Under the pieces are notes generated by a model. The model ran no database searches, was not told the DNA's origin, and saw only the letters and a program-made list of their open reading frames with translations. A DNA stretch of 64,000 nucleotides. It comes from a bacterium (lineage in GTDB: Bacteria > Krumholzibacteriota > Krumholzibacteriia > LZORAL124-64-63). The DNA is taken from the NCBI GenBank assembly GCA_031441465.1, contig JANOEP010000061.1, positions 32,001 through 96,000 on the forward strand, written 5' to 3'. The number at the start of each line of letters is the position of its first letter. Within the stretch, counting starts at the first letter, position 1. Positions 28,872-36,962 of this stretch are shown here, one piece after another. A program made the translations under genes and the position numbers.

Positions 28872-30607
28872 TGAGCGCGACCGAGACGTTCCGCATCGAA
28901 TTGAACGGGCGGCCCGCCGAGGCCCGGCGCGGCGAGACCCTGCTCGACGTCTGCCGGCACGCCGGCGTGGACGTGCCGACGCTGTGCCACCTGCCCGACC
29001 TCGCCCCGTCGGGGGCCTGCCGGCTCTGCGTGGTGGACGTGCGCGGGCGCGGGCTGGTGCCGAGCTGCTCGTGCCCGGTCGAGCCCGGCATGAGCGTGGA
29101 GACGAACTCGCAGCTCGCCACGCGTGCACGCAAGACGATCGTCGAGCTGCTGCTGGCCAACCACCCGGACGACTGCCTGTACTGCGTGCGGCACGGGGAG
29201 TGCGAACTGCAGGATCTCGCCCAGCGCTACGGCGTGCGCGAGCGGCGGTTCGTGACGGCCAAGAACGACGACCACGTCGACATCTCGAGCCCCTCGCTGG
29301 TGCGCGACCCGGCCAAGTGCATCCTCTGCGGCAAGTGCGTGCGCGTCTGCGAGGAGGTCATGGGGGTCGCCGCCATCGACTTCACGCGCCGCGGCAGCCG
29401 GACCCTGGTGGCGCCGGCCTTCAACCGGGGCCTGAACGTCTCGACCTGCATCAACTGCGGCCAGTGCGTGATGGTCTGCCCGACCGGCGCCCTGCGCGAG
29501 AAGAGTCACCTGAAGGAGGTCCAGGACGCGCTCGACAACCCCGCCGTCACGGTCGTCGTGCAGCACGCGCCGGCGGTCTCGGTGAGCCTGGCCGAGGAGT
29601 TCGGCCTCGCGCCGGGCGCCGACGTCGAGGCCCTGATGGTCACGGTCCTGCGCCGGCTCGGGTTCGCCCGCGTCTTCGACACGTCCTTCGCCGCCGACCT
29701 CACGATCATGGAGGAGGCGTCGGAGCTGGTGAGCCGCCTGAAGGGCGGCGGCCGGCTGCCGATGTTCACCAGCTGCTCGCCCGGCTGGGTCAAGTTCGTG
29801 GAGCAGTCCTACCCCGACCTGATGCCCAACCTGTCCACCTGCAAGAGCCCCCAGCAGATGATGGGCGCCGTGGTCAAGCGGGTCTGGGCCGCGCGCGAGG
29901 GGATCGACCCGCAGCGGGTCTTCAGCGTGGCGGTCATGCCGTGCATCGCCAAGAAGTTCGAGGCGCAGCGCCCCGAGATGGGCGACGCCCACGAGATTCC
30001 CGACGTCGACGCCGTGCTGACCACGCGCGAGCTGGCGCGGCTCATCCGCCTGCACGGGCTGGACCTGGCGCGGATGACCCCCGGCGCCCCCGACCTGCCC
30101 TTCGGCGAGCGCAGCACGGCCGGCAAGCTGTTCGGCGGGACCGGCGGCGTGATGGAGGCAGCCCTGCGCACGGCGCACTGGCTGGTCACGGGCCGCGAAA
30201 TGTACCACCTTACCGTCGGCGCGGTCCGCGGCCTGGACGGCGTCAAGGAAGCCCGCGTGAAGCTGGACGACATCGAGCTGGGCGTCGCGGTGGTCAGCGG
30301 CCTGGGCCGGGCCCGGCGCCTGCTCGAGGAGATCCGCGCCGGCCGCGACGACCTGCACTTCATCGAGGTCATGACCTGCCCCGGCGGCTGCGTCGGCGGC
30401 GGCGGCCAGCCCCTGCGCGCCGCGTCCGGCGCGGTGCTCGAACGGCTCGAAAGCCTGTACCGGATCGACCGCAGCGAGCCGGTGCGCCTGTCGCACCGCA
30501 ACCGCCACGTCCAGGAACTCTACGACGAGGTGCTGGGCGAACCGCTGGGCGCACGCAGCCACGAGCTGCTTCACACGAGCTACCACGGCCGGGACGGAGC
30601 GGTCTGA
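28871..30607 (+). CDS. hydA: [FeFe]-hydrogenase catalytic subunit, group A3-like
   Basis: [2Fe-2S] (CRLC), HPDDCLYC...CELQ, 2x[4Fe-4S]; H-cluster motifs FTSCSPGW, MPCIAKKFE, EVMTCPGGCVGGGGQP. Confidence 0.95.
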   Translation: MSATETFRIELNGRPAEARRGETLLDVCRHAGVDVPTLCHLPDLAPSGACRLCVVDVRGRGLVPSCSCPVEPGMSVETNSQLATRARKTIVELLLANHPDDCLYCVRHGECELQDLAQRYGVRERRFVTAKNDDHVDISSPSLVRDPAKCILCGKCVRVCEEVMGVAAIDFTRRGSRTLVAPAFNRGLNVSTCINCGQCVMVCPTGALREKSHLKEVQDALDNPAVTVVVQHAPAVSVSLAEEFGLAPGADVEALMVTVLRRLGFARVFDTSFAADLTIMEEASELVSRLKGGGRLPMFTSCSPGWVKFVEQSYPDLMPNLSTCKSPQQMMGAVVKRVWAAREGIDPQRVFSVAVMPCIAKKFEAQRPEMGDAHEIPDVDAVLTTRELARLIRLHGLDLARMTPGAPDLPFGERSTAGKLFGGTGGVMEAALRTAHWLVTGREMYHLTVGAVRGLDGVKEARVKLDDIELGVAVVSGLGRARRLLEEIRAGRDDLHFIEVMTCPGGCVGGGGQPLRAASGAVLERLESLYRIDRSEPVRLSHRNRHVQELYDEVLGEPLGARSHELLHTSYHGRDGAV

Positions 30608-30608
30608 C

Positions 30609-32615
30609 ATGCAGATCGGACAACAACTCGTCGCCACGATCCCCGAGCGGTGCCGCCTGTGCTACACCTGCGTGCGCGACTGTCCGGCGAAGGCCATCCG
30701 CATCACGGGGGGCCAGGCCGAGGTGGTCGCCGAGCGCTGCATCGGCTGCGGCAACTGCGTCAAGGTCTGCCGCCGCAACGCCAAGCAGGTGGCCGGCTCG
30801 ATCGACGACGTGCGCCGCCTGCTGGCCGGACCGCGCCCCGTCGCCGCGGCCGTCGCGCCGAGCTTCCCGGCCGAGTTCCTCGACCTGACGCCCGGGCGGG
30901 TCGTGGGCGCCCTGCGCTCGCTCGGCTTCGACCTGGTCTGCGAGGTCGCCTTCGGCGCCGACCTGGTCGCCCGCCGCTACGCCGAGCTGATCAGCCGGCA
31001 CCCCGGCCGGCGCTACATCGCGACGACCTGCCCCGCCATCGTCTCCTACGTGGAGAAGTTCGAGCCCTCGCTGGTCCCCAACCTCGCGCCGGTGGTCTCG
31101 CCGATGGTCGCCACCGCCCGCGCCCTGCGCCAGCGCCACGGCCAGGACCTGGTCGTGGTCTTCATCGGCCCCTGCATCGCCAAGAAGGTGGAGGCGGTGC
31201 GCGAGGGGATCGCCGGCGACGTCGAGGCGGCGCTGACCTTCGTCGAGCTGCACCGCTTCCTCACCGAGGCCGGCATCGACGCGTCGGCGTGCGAGCCTTC
31301 GGAATTCGACGGACCTTCGCCGGGGCTGGGCGCCCTGTTCCCGATCAGCCGCGGCCTGCTGCAGGCGTCCGGCCTGACCGAGGACCTGCTCAGCAACGAG
31401 GTCGTGGCCGGCACCGGTCCCGACACGTTCATCGAGGCGCTCGACGAGTTCCGCGACGGCGTGCTGGACGTCCAGCTGCTCGAGCTGCTGTCGTGCAAGG
31501 GCTGCATCATGGGCGCGGGCATGACGACCAGCGCGCCGCTGTTCCGCCGGCGCACGGCGGTCAGCAGCTACGTGCGCGAACGGCTCTGGGTCCCGAGCGG
31601 CGAGCGCCGCCGCGCCGAACTGGAGGAGTTCTCCCACCTCGACCTGATGGCGGTCTACGCTCCCGCCGACACGCGCATGCCGCAGCCGTCGCCGCGCGAG
31701 CTGGCCGCGATCCTGGAGCGCCTGGGCAAGGGTGCGCCCGAGGACGAGCTGGACTGCGGCGCCTGCGGCTACCGGACCTGCCGCGAGCACGCCGTGGCCA
31801 TCCACACGGGCATGGCCGAGAACGAGATGTGCCTGCCCTACACCATCGAGCGGCTCAAGGAGTCCCTCGACGAGCTGAACGTCTCCCACCGCGAACTGGC
31901 CAGCGCGCAGCAGGCGCTGATCAACGCCGAGAAGCTCGCCAGCATGGGCCAGCTGTCGGCCGGCATCGCCCACGAGGTGAACAACCCGCTGGGCGTGGTC
32001 CTGCTCTACGCCAACATGCTGCTGGACGAGTCGCCGCCGGACTCGCCGCTGCGCGAGGACCTGACGATGATCGTGGAGCAGGCCGATCGCTGCAAGAAGG
32101 TCGTCGGCGGACTGCTGAACTTCGCCCGCAAGAGCAAAGTCGTCCGCCGCCGGGTCGACGTGCCGGCGCTGGTCGACCGCGCGCTCAAGGCGGTCATCGC
32201 GCCGCCGGGCGTGGAGGTGACCGTCGAGCACCGCCTGGAGGACCCCTACGCCGAACTCGACGGCGACCAGATCGTCCAGGTGCTGACCAACCTGGCCGTC
32301 AACGCGGTCGAGGCCATGCCCGTCGGCGGCCGCCTGCGGGTCGTCACCGAGGGCGATCCCGAGCGGGTGACGCTGCGGGTCGTCGACACCGGGACCGGCA
32401 TCCCCCGCGACATCATCAAGAAGATCTTCGAACCGCTGTTCACCACCAAGCAGATCGGCAAGGGCACGGGCCTGGGGCTGGCCGTCTCCTACGGCATCGT
32501 CAAGATGCACCAGGGGCAGGTCCAGGTCTTCTCGAACGCGGATCCCCGCGAGGGACCCACGGGCACGACCTTCGTCGTGACCCTGCCGCGCGCAGCCAAG
32601 GGAGAGCCGGCATGA
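30609..32615 (+). CDS. Sensory-type (group C) [FeFe]-hydrogenase domain fused to a histidine kinase
   Basis: 2x[4Fe-4S]; variant H-cluster motifs [23 protein letters not shown]; FeS motif CGACGYRTC; HisKA AHEVNNP; HATPase DTGTG and GTGLGL. Confidence 0.88.
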   Translation: MQIGQQLVATIPERCRLCYTCVRDCPAKAIRITGGQAEVVAERCIGCGNCVKVCRRNAKQVAGSIDDVRRLLAGPRPVAAAVAPSFPAEFLDLTPGRVVGALRSLGFDLVCEVAFGADLVARRYAELISRHPGRRYIATTCPAIVSYVEKFEPSLVPNLAPVVSPMVATARALRQRHGQDLVVVFIGPCIAKKVEAVREGIAGDVEAALTFVELHRFLTEAGIDASACEPSEFDGPSPGLGALFPISRGLLQASGLTEDLLSNEVVAGTGPDTFIEALDEFRDGVLDVQLLELLSCKGCIMGAGMTTSAPLFRRRTAVSSYVRERLWVPSGERRRAELEEFSHLDLMAVYAPADTRMPQPSPRELAAILERLGKGAPEDELDCGACGYRTCREHAVAIHTGMAENEMCLPYTIERLKESLDELNVSHRELASAQQALINAEKLASMGQLSAGIAHEVNNPLGVVLLYANMLLDESPPDSPLREDLTMIVEQADRCKKVVGGLLNFARKSKVVRRRVDVPALVDRALKAVIAPPGVEVTVEHRLEDPYAELDGDQIVQVLTNLAVNAVEAMPVGGRLRVVTEGDPERVTLRVVDTGTGIPRDIIKKIFEPLFTTKQIGKGTGLGLAVSYGIVKMHQGQVQVFSNADPREGPTGTTFVVTLPRAAKGEPA

Positions 32616-33025
32616 CCACGGGACACGAGCACAACTACGCCGGGCGCACCGCCCTGATCGTCGATGACGACCCCGACGTCCTCGCGCAGCTCCGCCTGTT
32701 TCTGGAGCGCCTCGGTTTCCGGGTCGAGGCCGGCGAGAGCCAGGCCGAGGGCGAGACCCTCATCGACGGCCGGACGCCCGACCTCTGCATCTTCGACCTG
32801 ATGATGGAGAACCAGGACAGCGGCTTCGTGCTCGCCCACCGCATGAAGAAGAAGAGCCCCGGCACGCCGGTGATCCTGGTGACCGGCGTCGCGCACGAGA
32901 CGGGCTACACGTTCGACGCCTCCACCGCGGAGATGCGGCGCTGGGTGAAGGCCGACGCGGTGCTGGACAAGGACATCCGCTTCGAGCAACTGGCGGCCGA
33001 GATCGCGCGTCTGGTGCCGGCATGA
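32612..33025 (+). CDS. Single-domain response regulator (receiver only)
   Basis: LIVDDD, IFDLMME, ILVTG, VLDK; ATGA overlap with the kinase gene. Confidence 0.88.
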   Translation: MTTGHEHNYAGRTALIVDDDPDVLAQLRLFLERLGFRVEAGESQAEGETLIDGRTPDLCIFDLMMENQDSGFVLAHRMKKKSPGTPVILVTGVAHETGYTFDASTAEMRRWVKADAVLDKDIRFEQLAAEIARLVPA

Positions 33026-34170
33026 CCGCCGAGACGCTGCGGGTCCTGGTCGTGGACGACGAGCCCGGCATGCGGCAGGGCGCGTCCCGCGTGCTGTCGC
33101 GCCACGCGCAGACGCTGCCGGATCTGGGCGTCGAGGTGCGCTTCGCGGTCGAGACCGCGGCCGACGCCGCCGAAGCCCTGGACCGGCTCACGACCGCCCC
33201 CTGGGACCTCCTGCTGCTGGATTACAAGCTGCCCGACCGCACGGGGCTCGAGGTGCTCGACGAGATCCGCACCCGCGGGCTCGACGTGGTGACGGTCATG
33301 GTCACGGCCTACGCCTCGCTAGAGGTCGCCGTCAGCGCCACCAAGAACGGCGCCTTCGACTTCCTGGCCAAGCCGTTCACGCCCGACGAGCTGAAGTGCG
33401 TGGTGGAGAAGGCCGCGCGCACGGTGCTGGCGCACCGCCGCGCCCTGGCCCTGGCCGAGGAGAAGCGGCAGGTCCGCTTCCAGTTCATCCGCGTCCTGGC
33501 CCACGAGCTGAAGGCCCCGCTCGGCGTCGTGGATTCGTACCTGCGGATGGTGCAGGACCGCGCCCTGGGGGACGAACTCGCCGCCTACGACCGGCCGGTC
33601 GAGCGCGCGCTGGTGCGTATCGACGGCATGCGCCGCATGATCGTCGACCTGCTGGACCTCACGCGCCTCGAGTCGGGCCAGAAGCGGCGCGACCTCGCCA
33701 CGGTCGACGTCGTGGAGGAGGCGCGCGCCGGCCTGGAGGGCGTGACCGCCGCCGCCGCCGCCCGCGGCATCGCGCTGGAACTGCACGCGCCCGCCGCCCT
33801 GCCCATGCAGGCCGACCGGGGCGAGCTGGGCATCATCTTCAACAACCTGCTGACCAACGCCGTGAAGTACAACCGCGACGGCGGCCGCGTCGACCTGACC
33901 GTGCGCCCCGCCGGGGACGGCGGCGCCGAGATCGAGGTGCGCGACACCGGCGTCGGGATGGCGCCGCCGGACGTGGCGCGACTGTTCGGCGAGTTCGTGC
34001 GCATCAAGAACGAAAGGACCAAGGGGATCGAGGGCTCCGGCCTGGGCCTCTCGATCCTGCGCAAGCTCACCGAGCTGTACGGCGGCGCCGTGGCGGTGAC
34101 CAGCGAGCCGGACGTCGGCACGACCTTCACCGTGACGCTCGCCGGCGCGCCGGCCGGGGCGGCGCCGTGA
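33022..34170 (+). CDS. Receiver domain-histidine kinase hybrid
   Basis: VVDDE, LLDYKLP, AKPF; AHELKAP, NLLTNAVKY, DTGVG, GSGLGL. Confidence 0.9.
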   Translation: MTAETLRVLVVDDEPGMRQGASRVLSRHAQTLPDLGVEVRFAVETAADAAEALDRLTTAPWDLLLLDYKLPDRTGLEVLDEIRTRGLDVVTVMVTAYASLEVAVSATKNGAFDFLAKPFTPDELKCVVEKAARTVLAHRRALALAEEKRQVRFQFIRVLAHELKAPLGVVDSYLRMVQDRALGDELAAYDRPVERALVRIDGMRRMIVDLLDLTRLESGQKRRDLATVDVVEEARAGLEGVTAAAAARGIALELHAPAALPMQADRGELGIIFNNLLTNAVKYNRDGGRVDLTVRPAGDGGAEIEVRDTGVGMAPPDVARLFGEFVRIKNERTKGIEGSGLGLSILRKLTELYGGAVAVTSEPDVGTTFTVTLAGAPAGAAP

Positions 34171-35591
34171 ACTCCCGCCCGCCCGGACGCGCCCTGACCC
34201 GTGACTTCGCCGACTTCGTCGACGAGGCGGAGTTCACGCGGCTGCTGGGGGGGGAGGCCCCCGACGGCGCCCGGGTGCGCGACGTGCTGGCCAAGAGCCT
34301 GACGAAGGAGCCCCTCGAACCAGACGAGACGGCCGTGCTGCTGCGCGCCGGCGACCCCGCGCTGGTCGAGGAGATCTTCGACGCGGCGCGCCGGCTCAAG
34401 CGCGACGTCTACGGCCGGCGCATCGTGCTGTTCGCGCCGCTGTACATCGGCAACCTCTGCGTGAACGACTGCGGCTACTGCGCGTTCCGCGCCGGCAACC
34501 CCGACTCGGTGCGCCGCACGCTCGCGCCCGACGAGGTCGAGGCCCAGGTCGCGGCCCTCGAGCGCAGCGGGCACAAGCGCCTGATCCTGGTCTTCGGCGA
34601 GCACCCGCGCTACACTCCGGAGTTCATCGCCGACACGGTGCGGCGCGTCGCGGCGGTCCGGGCCGGCCCCGGCGAGATCCGCCGCGTCAACGTCAACGCC
34701 GCGCCCCTGGACCACGCGGGTTTCCGCACCGTCCACGAGGCGGGCATCGGCACCTACCAGGTGTTCCAGGAGACGTACCACCGGGCGACCTACGCCCGCT
34801 ACCACCCGGCGCGCACCCTCAAGGGCGACTACGACTTCCGGCTGGACAGCCTGAGCCGCGCCTTCGAGGCGGGTTGCGACGATGTGGGGATCGGCGCCCT
34901 CTTCGGGCTGACGGACTGGCGCTTCGACGTGCTGGGAATGGTGGCCCACTCCCGCCACCTGCAGGAGCGCTACGGCGTCGGCCCGCACACCCTGAGCTTC
35001 CCGCGCCTGCAGCCCGCGAGCGGCGTCGACCTCGCCGGCGCGCCCTTCGTGAGCGACGCCGACTTCAAGCGGCTGGTCGCCGTCCTGCGCCTGTCGGTGC
35101 CCTACGCCGGGATGATCCTGACCGCGCGGGAGCCGGCGACGCTGCGGCGCGAGATCCTGGGCTTCGGCGTCTCGCAGATCGACGCCGGCTCGCGCATCGA
35201 GATCGGCGGCTACACCGAGTCCGGCGACGCCCAGGTCATGGACCGCGAGCAGTTCGCGCTGAGCGACCTGCGCCCGCTCGACGAGGTGCTGCGCCAGCTG
35301 CTCGAGGACGACCACGTGCCCAGCTTCTGCACGGCCTGCTACCGGATGGGCCGCACCGGCGAGCACTTCATGGAGTACGCGATCCCCGGCTTCATCGAGC
35401 GCTTCTGCACGCCCAACGCCTTGGTGACGCTGACGGAGTACCTGCAGGACTACGCGTCGCCGCCGACGCGCGAGGCCGGCCGCCGCCTGGTGGAGCGGGA
35501 ACTCGCGGCCATCCCCGAGGGGTCGGCCAAGGAGGCGCTCCAGCGTCGGCTGCAGGCGACGAGGGACGGGGCGCGCGACCTGCACGAGTGA
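34167..35591 (+). CDS. hydG: [FeFe]-hydrogenase H-cluster radical SAM maturase HydG
   Basis: CVNDCGYC; YQVFQETY; GPHTLSFPR; C-terminal CX2CX22C (CTAC...C-TPNA). Confidence 0.93.
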   Translation: MNSRPPGRALTRDFADFVDEAEFTRLLGGEAPDGARVRDVLAKSLTKEPLEPDETAVLLRAGDPALVEEIFDAARRLKRDVYGRRIVLFAPLYIGNLCVNDCGYCAFRAGNPDSVRRTLAPDEVEAQVAALERSGHKRLILVFGEHPRYTPEFIADTVRRVAAVRAGPGEIRRVNVNAAPLDHAGFRTVHEAGIGTYQVFQETYHRATYARYHPARTLKGDYDFRLDSLSRAFEAGCDDVGIGALFGLTDWRFDVLGMVAHSRHLQERYGVGPHTLSFPRLQPASGVDLAGAPFVSDADFKRLVAVLRLSVPYAGMILTAREPATLRREILGFGVSQIDAGSRIEIGGYTESGDAQVMDREQFALSDLRPLDEVLRQLLEDDHVPSFCTACYRMGRTGEHFMEYAIPGFIERFCTPNALVTLTEYLQDYASPPTREAGRRLVERELAAIPEGSAKEALQRRLQATRDGARDLHE

Positions 35592-35593
35592 AG

Positions 35594-36262
35594 CTACCTC
35601 GGCTTCGCTTCCCGCTTGTAGACCGACCGCATCGTGATCTCCTTGTCCGCCCAGGGCGGCTTGAAGGACATGAGCACCGTCAGCTCGCCGCCGTCGGCGT
35701 TCAGCTCGTAGGTCGTCGTGCGGGTCATGCCGTCCTGGCCTTCGCTGCGCACGACGATCGCGCCGCCCTCGACCTTGGCGGTCTCGAAGACCTGGCCGCG
35801 GTGGGTCCAGCGCTCGCACTTGCGGCCGTCGGTGGTGACCGACTGAGAGATGTCCATGGCGTCGGTCACGTCGAACTCCGGCCCCTCGTGGAAGATGACC
35901 AGTCGCGAACGGCCCCCGGCCATCTCGGGCGGCGCACCGGCGCCGGCGCTCTTGCCCGCCGGCTCGCCGCCGAAGCTGCCGCCGCGGCTACCCGTCTGGC
36001 CGCCGCCGCCCATGCCGGGTCCACCTCCCATGCCGGCTCCGCCACCCATGCCGGGTCCGCCTCCTTTGCCGCCGCCGGGGCGTTCGCCCGGGGACCCCGT
36101 CTTCGGCATGAGTTTGGCGGGGTCGTCGGAGCGCGCCGTGTCCAGGGTCCAGGCGCCGTTGAAACCGGAGGGCCTCGCGACCGGCTGGTCGTCCGCGGCG
36201 AGCGCCGGCGGCAAGACCAACAGGACGAGGATGGCGAGCAGCACAGTCTTGAATGAGGTCAT
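35594..36262 (-). CDS. Exported hypothetical protein with a Gly/Met-rich insert
   Basis: Signal peptide ending ALA; FNGAWTLD..RSD; Gly-rich tract. Confidence 0.65.
   Translation of the reverse strand: MTSFKTVLLAILVLLVLPPALAADDQPVARPSGFNGAWTLDTARSDDPAKLMPKTGSPGERPGGGKGGGPGMGGGAGMGGGPGMGGGGQTGSRGGSFGGEPAGKSAGAGAPPEMAGGRSRLVIFHEGPEFDVTDAMDISQSVTTDGRKCERWTHRGQVFETAKVEGGAIVVRSEGQDGMTRTTTYELNADGGELTVLMSFKPPWADKEITMRSVYKREAKPR
36009..36062. repeat. Three imperfect tandem 18-bp repeats encoding GGxGMG
   Basis: cccatgccgggtccacct / cccatgccggctccgcca / cccatgccgggtccgcct. Confidence 0.75.
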
Positions 36263-36413
36263 GACCGGATCCTTCCCGTGGCGTGGGGTGTGCAAGACCA
36301 TACGCACGGGCGGGACGGATCCTGCGGCGGCGAGGATTCCTGGGGCGCGCCGGGCGGTCATCGGGTATGATGCCCCGGTTCGCGCGACGCCAGTCCGGGA
36401 CCAGGAGGCACTC

Positions 36414-36890
36414 ATGTCCGCGACTCGCCTGCCCGCCGGCTTCCACAGCCTGACCCCGCAGCTCGCCGTCGACGGCGCCGACCGCGCCATCGAGTATTAC
36501 AAGCAGGCGTTCGGGGCGGAGTTGCAGCGCCGCCACGAGGGTCCGGGCGGGAAGGTGGTCCACGCCTTGCTGCGCATCGGCGATTCGCTGATGATCGTCA
36601 ACGACGCCTTTCCGGAATGGGGATCGCACGCGCCGTACGAGAACACGTCTCCCTGCATGATGCATCTGTACGTGGAGGACGCCGACGCGGCGTTCGCGCA
36701 GGCGGTCGCCGCCGGCGCGAAGGTGACGATGCCGGTGCAGGACACCTTCTGGGGGGACCGCCACGGCGAACTGCTCGACCCGTTCGGCCACCGCTGGGCC
36801 GTGGCCGCCTGCGTCGACGAGATGACGCCGCAGCAGCTCGAGCGCGCCGCCGAAGAGGCGATGCGGCGGATGCGGGCGGGGGACGACTGA
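36414..36890 (+). CDS. VOC/glyoxalase (PhnB-like) family protein
   Basis: SLTPQL, AIEYYKQAFGA, DTFWGDR.G.L.DPFGH.W; AGGAGG RBS. Confidence 0.9.
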   Translation: MSATRLPAGFHSLTPQLAVDGADRAIEYYKQAFGAELQRRHEGPGGKVVHALLRIGDSLMIVNDAFPEWGSHAPYENTSPCMMHLYVEDADAAFAQAVAAGAKVTMPVQDTFWGDRHGELLDPFGHRWAVAACVDEMTPQQLERAAEEAMRRMRAGDD

Positions 36891-36962
36891 CCTATCGGGT
36901 AATTTATTTAGAAATGATGCCGACATAGCCCCGCAGCTAGCGTCGCTGAGATAGGACTCGGT

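Noticed and set aside
26444..30607. Respiratory complex I nuoEFG or formate dehydrogenase
   Set aside because: The large subunit has all three H-cluster motifs, hydG is adjacent, and there are no membrane nuo genes.
34167..35591. ThiH instead of HydG
   Set aside because: The C-terminal CX2CX22C motif and hydrogenase context indicate HydG.
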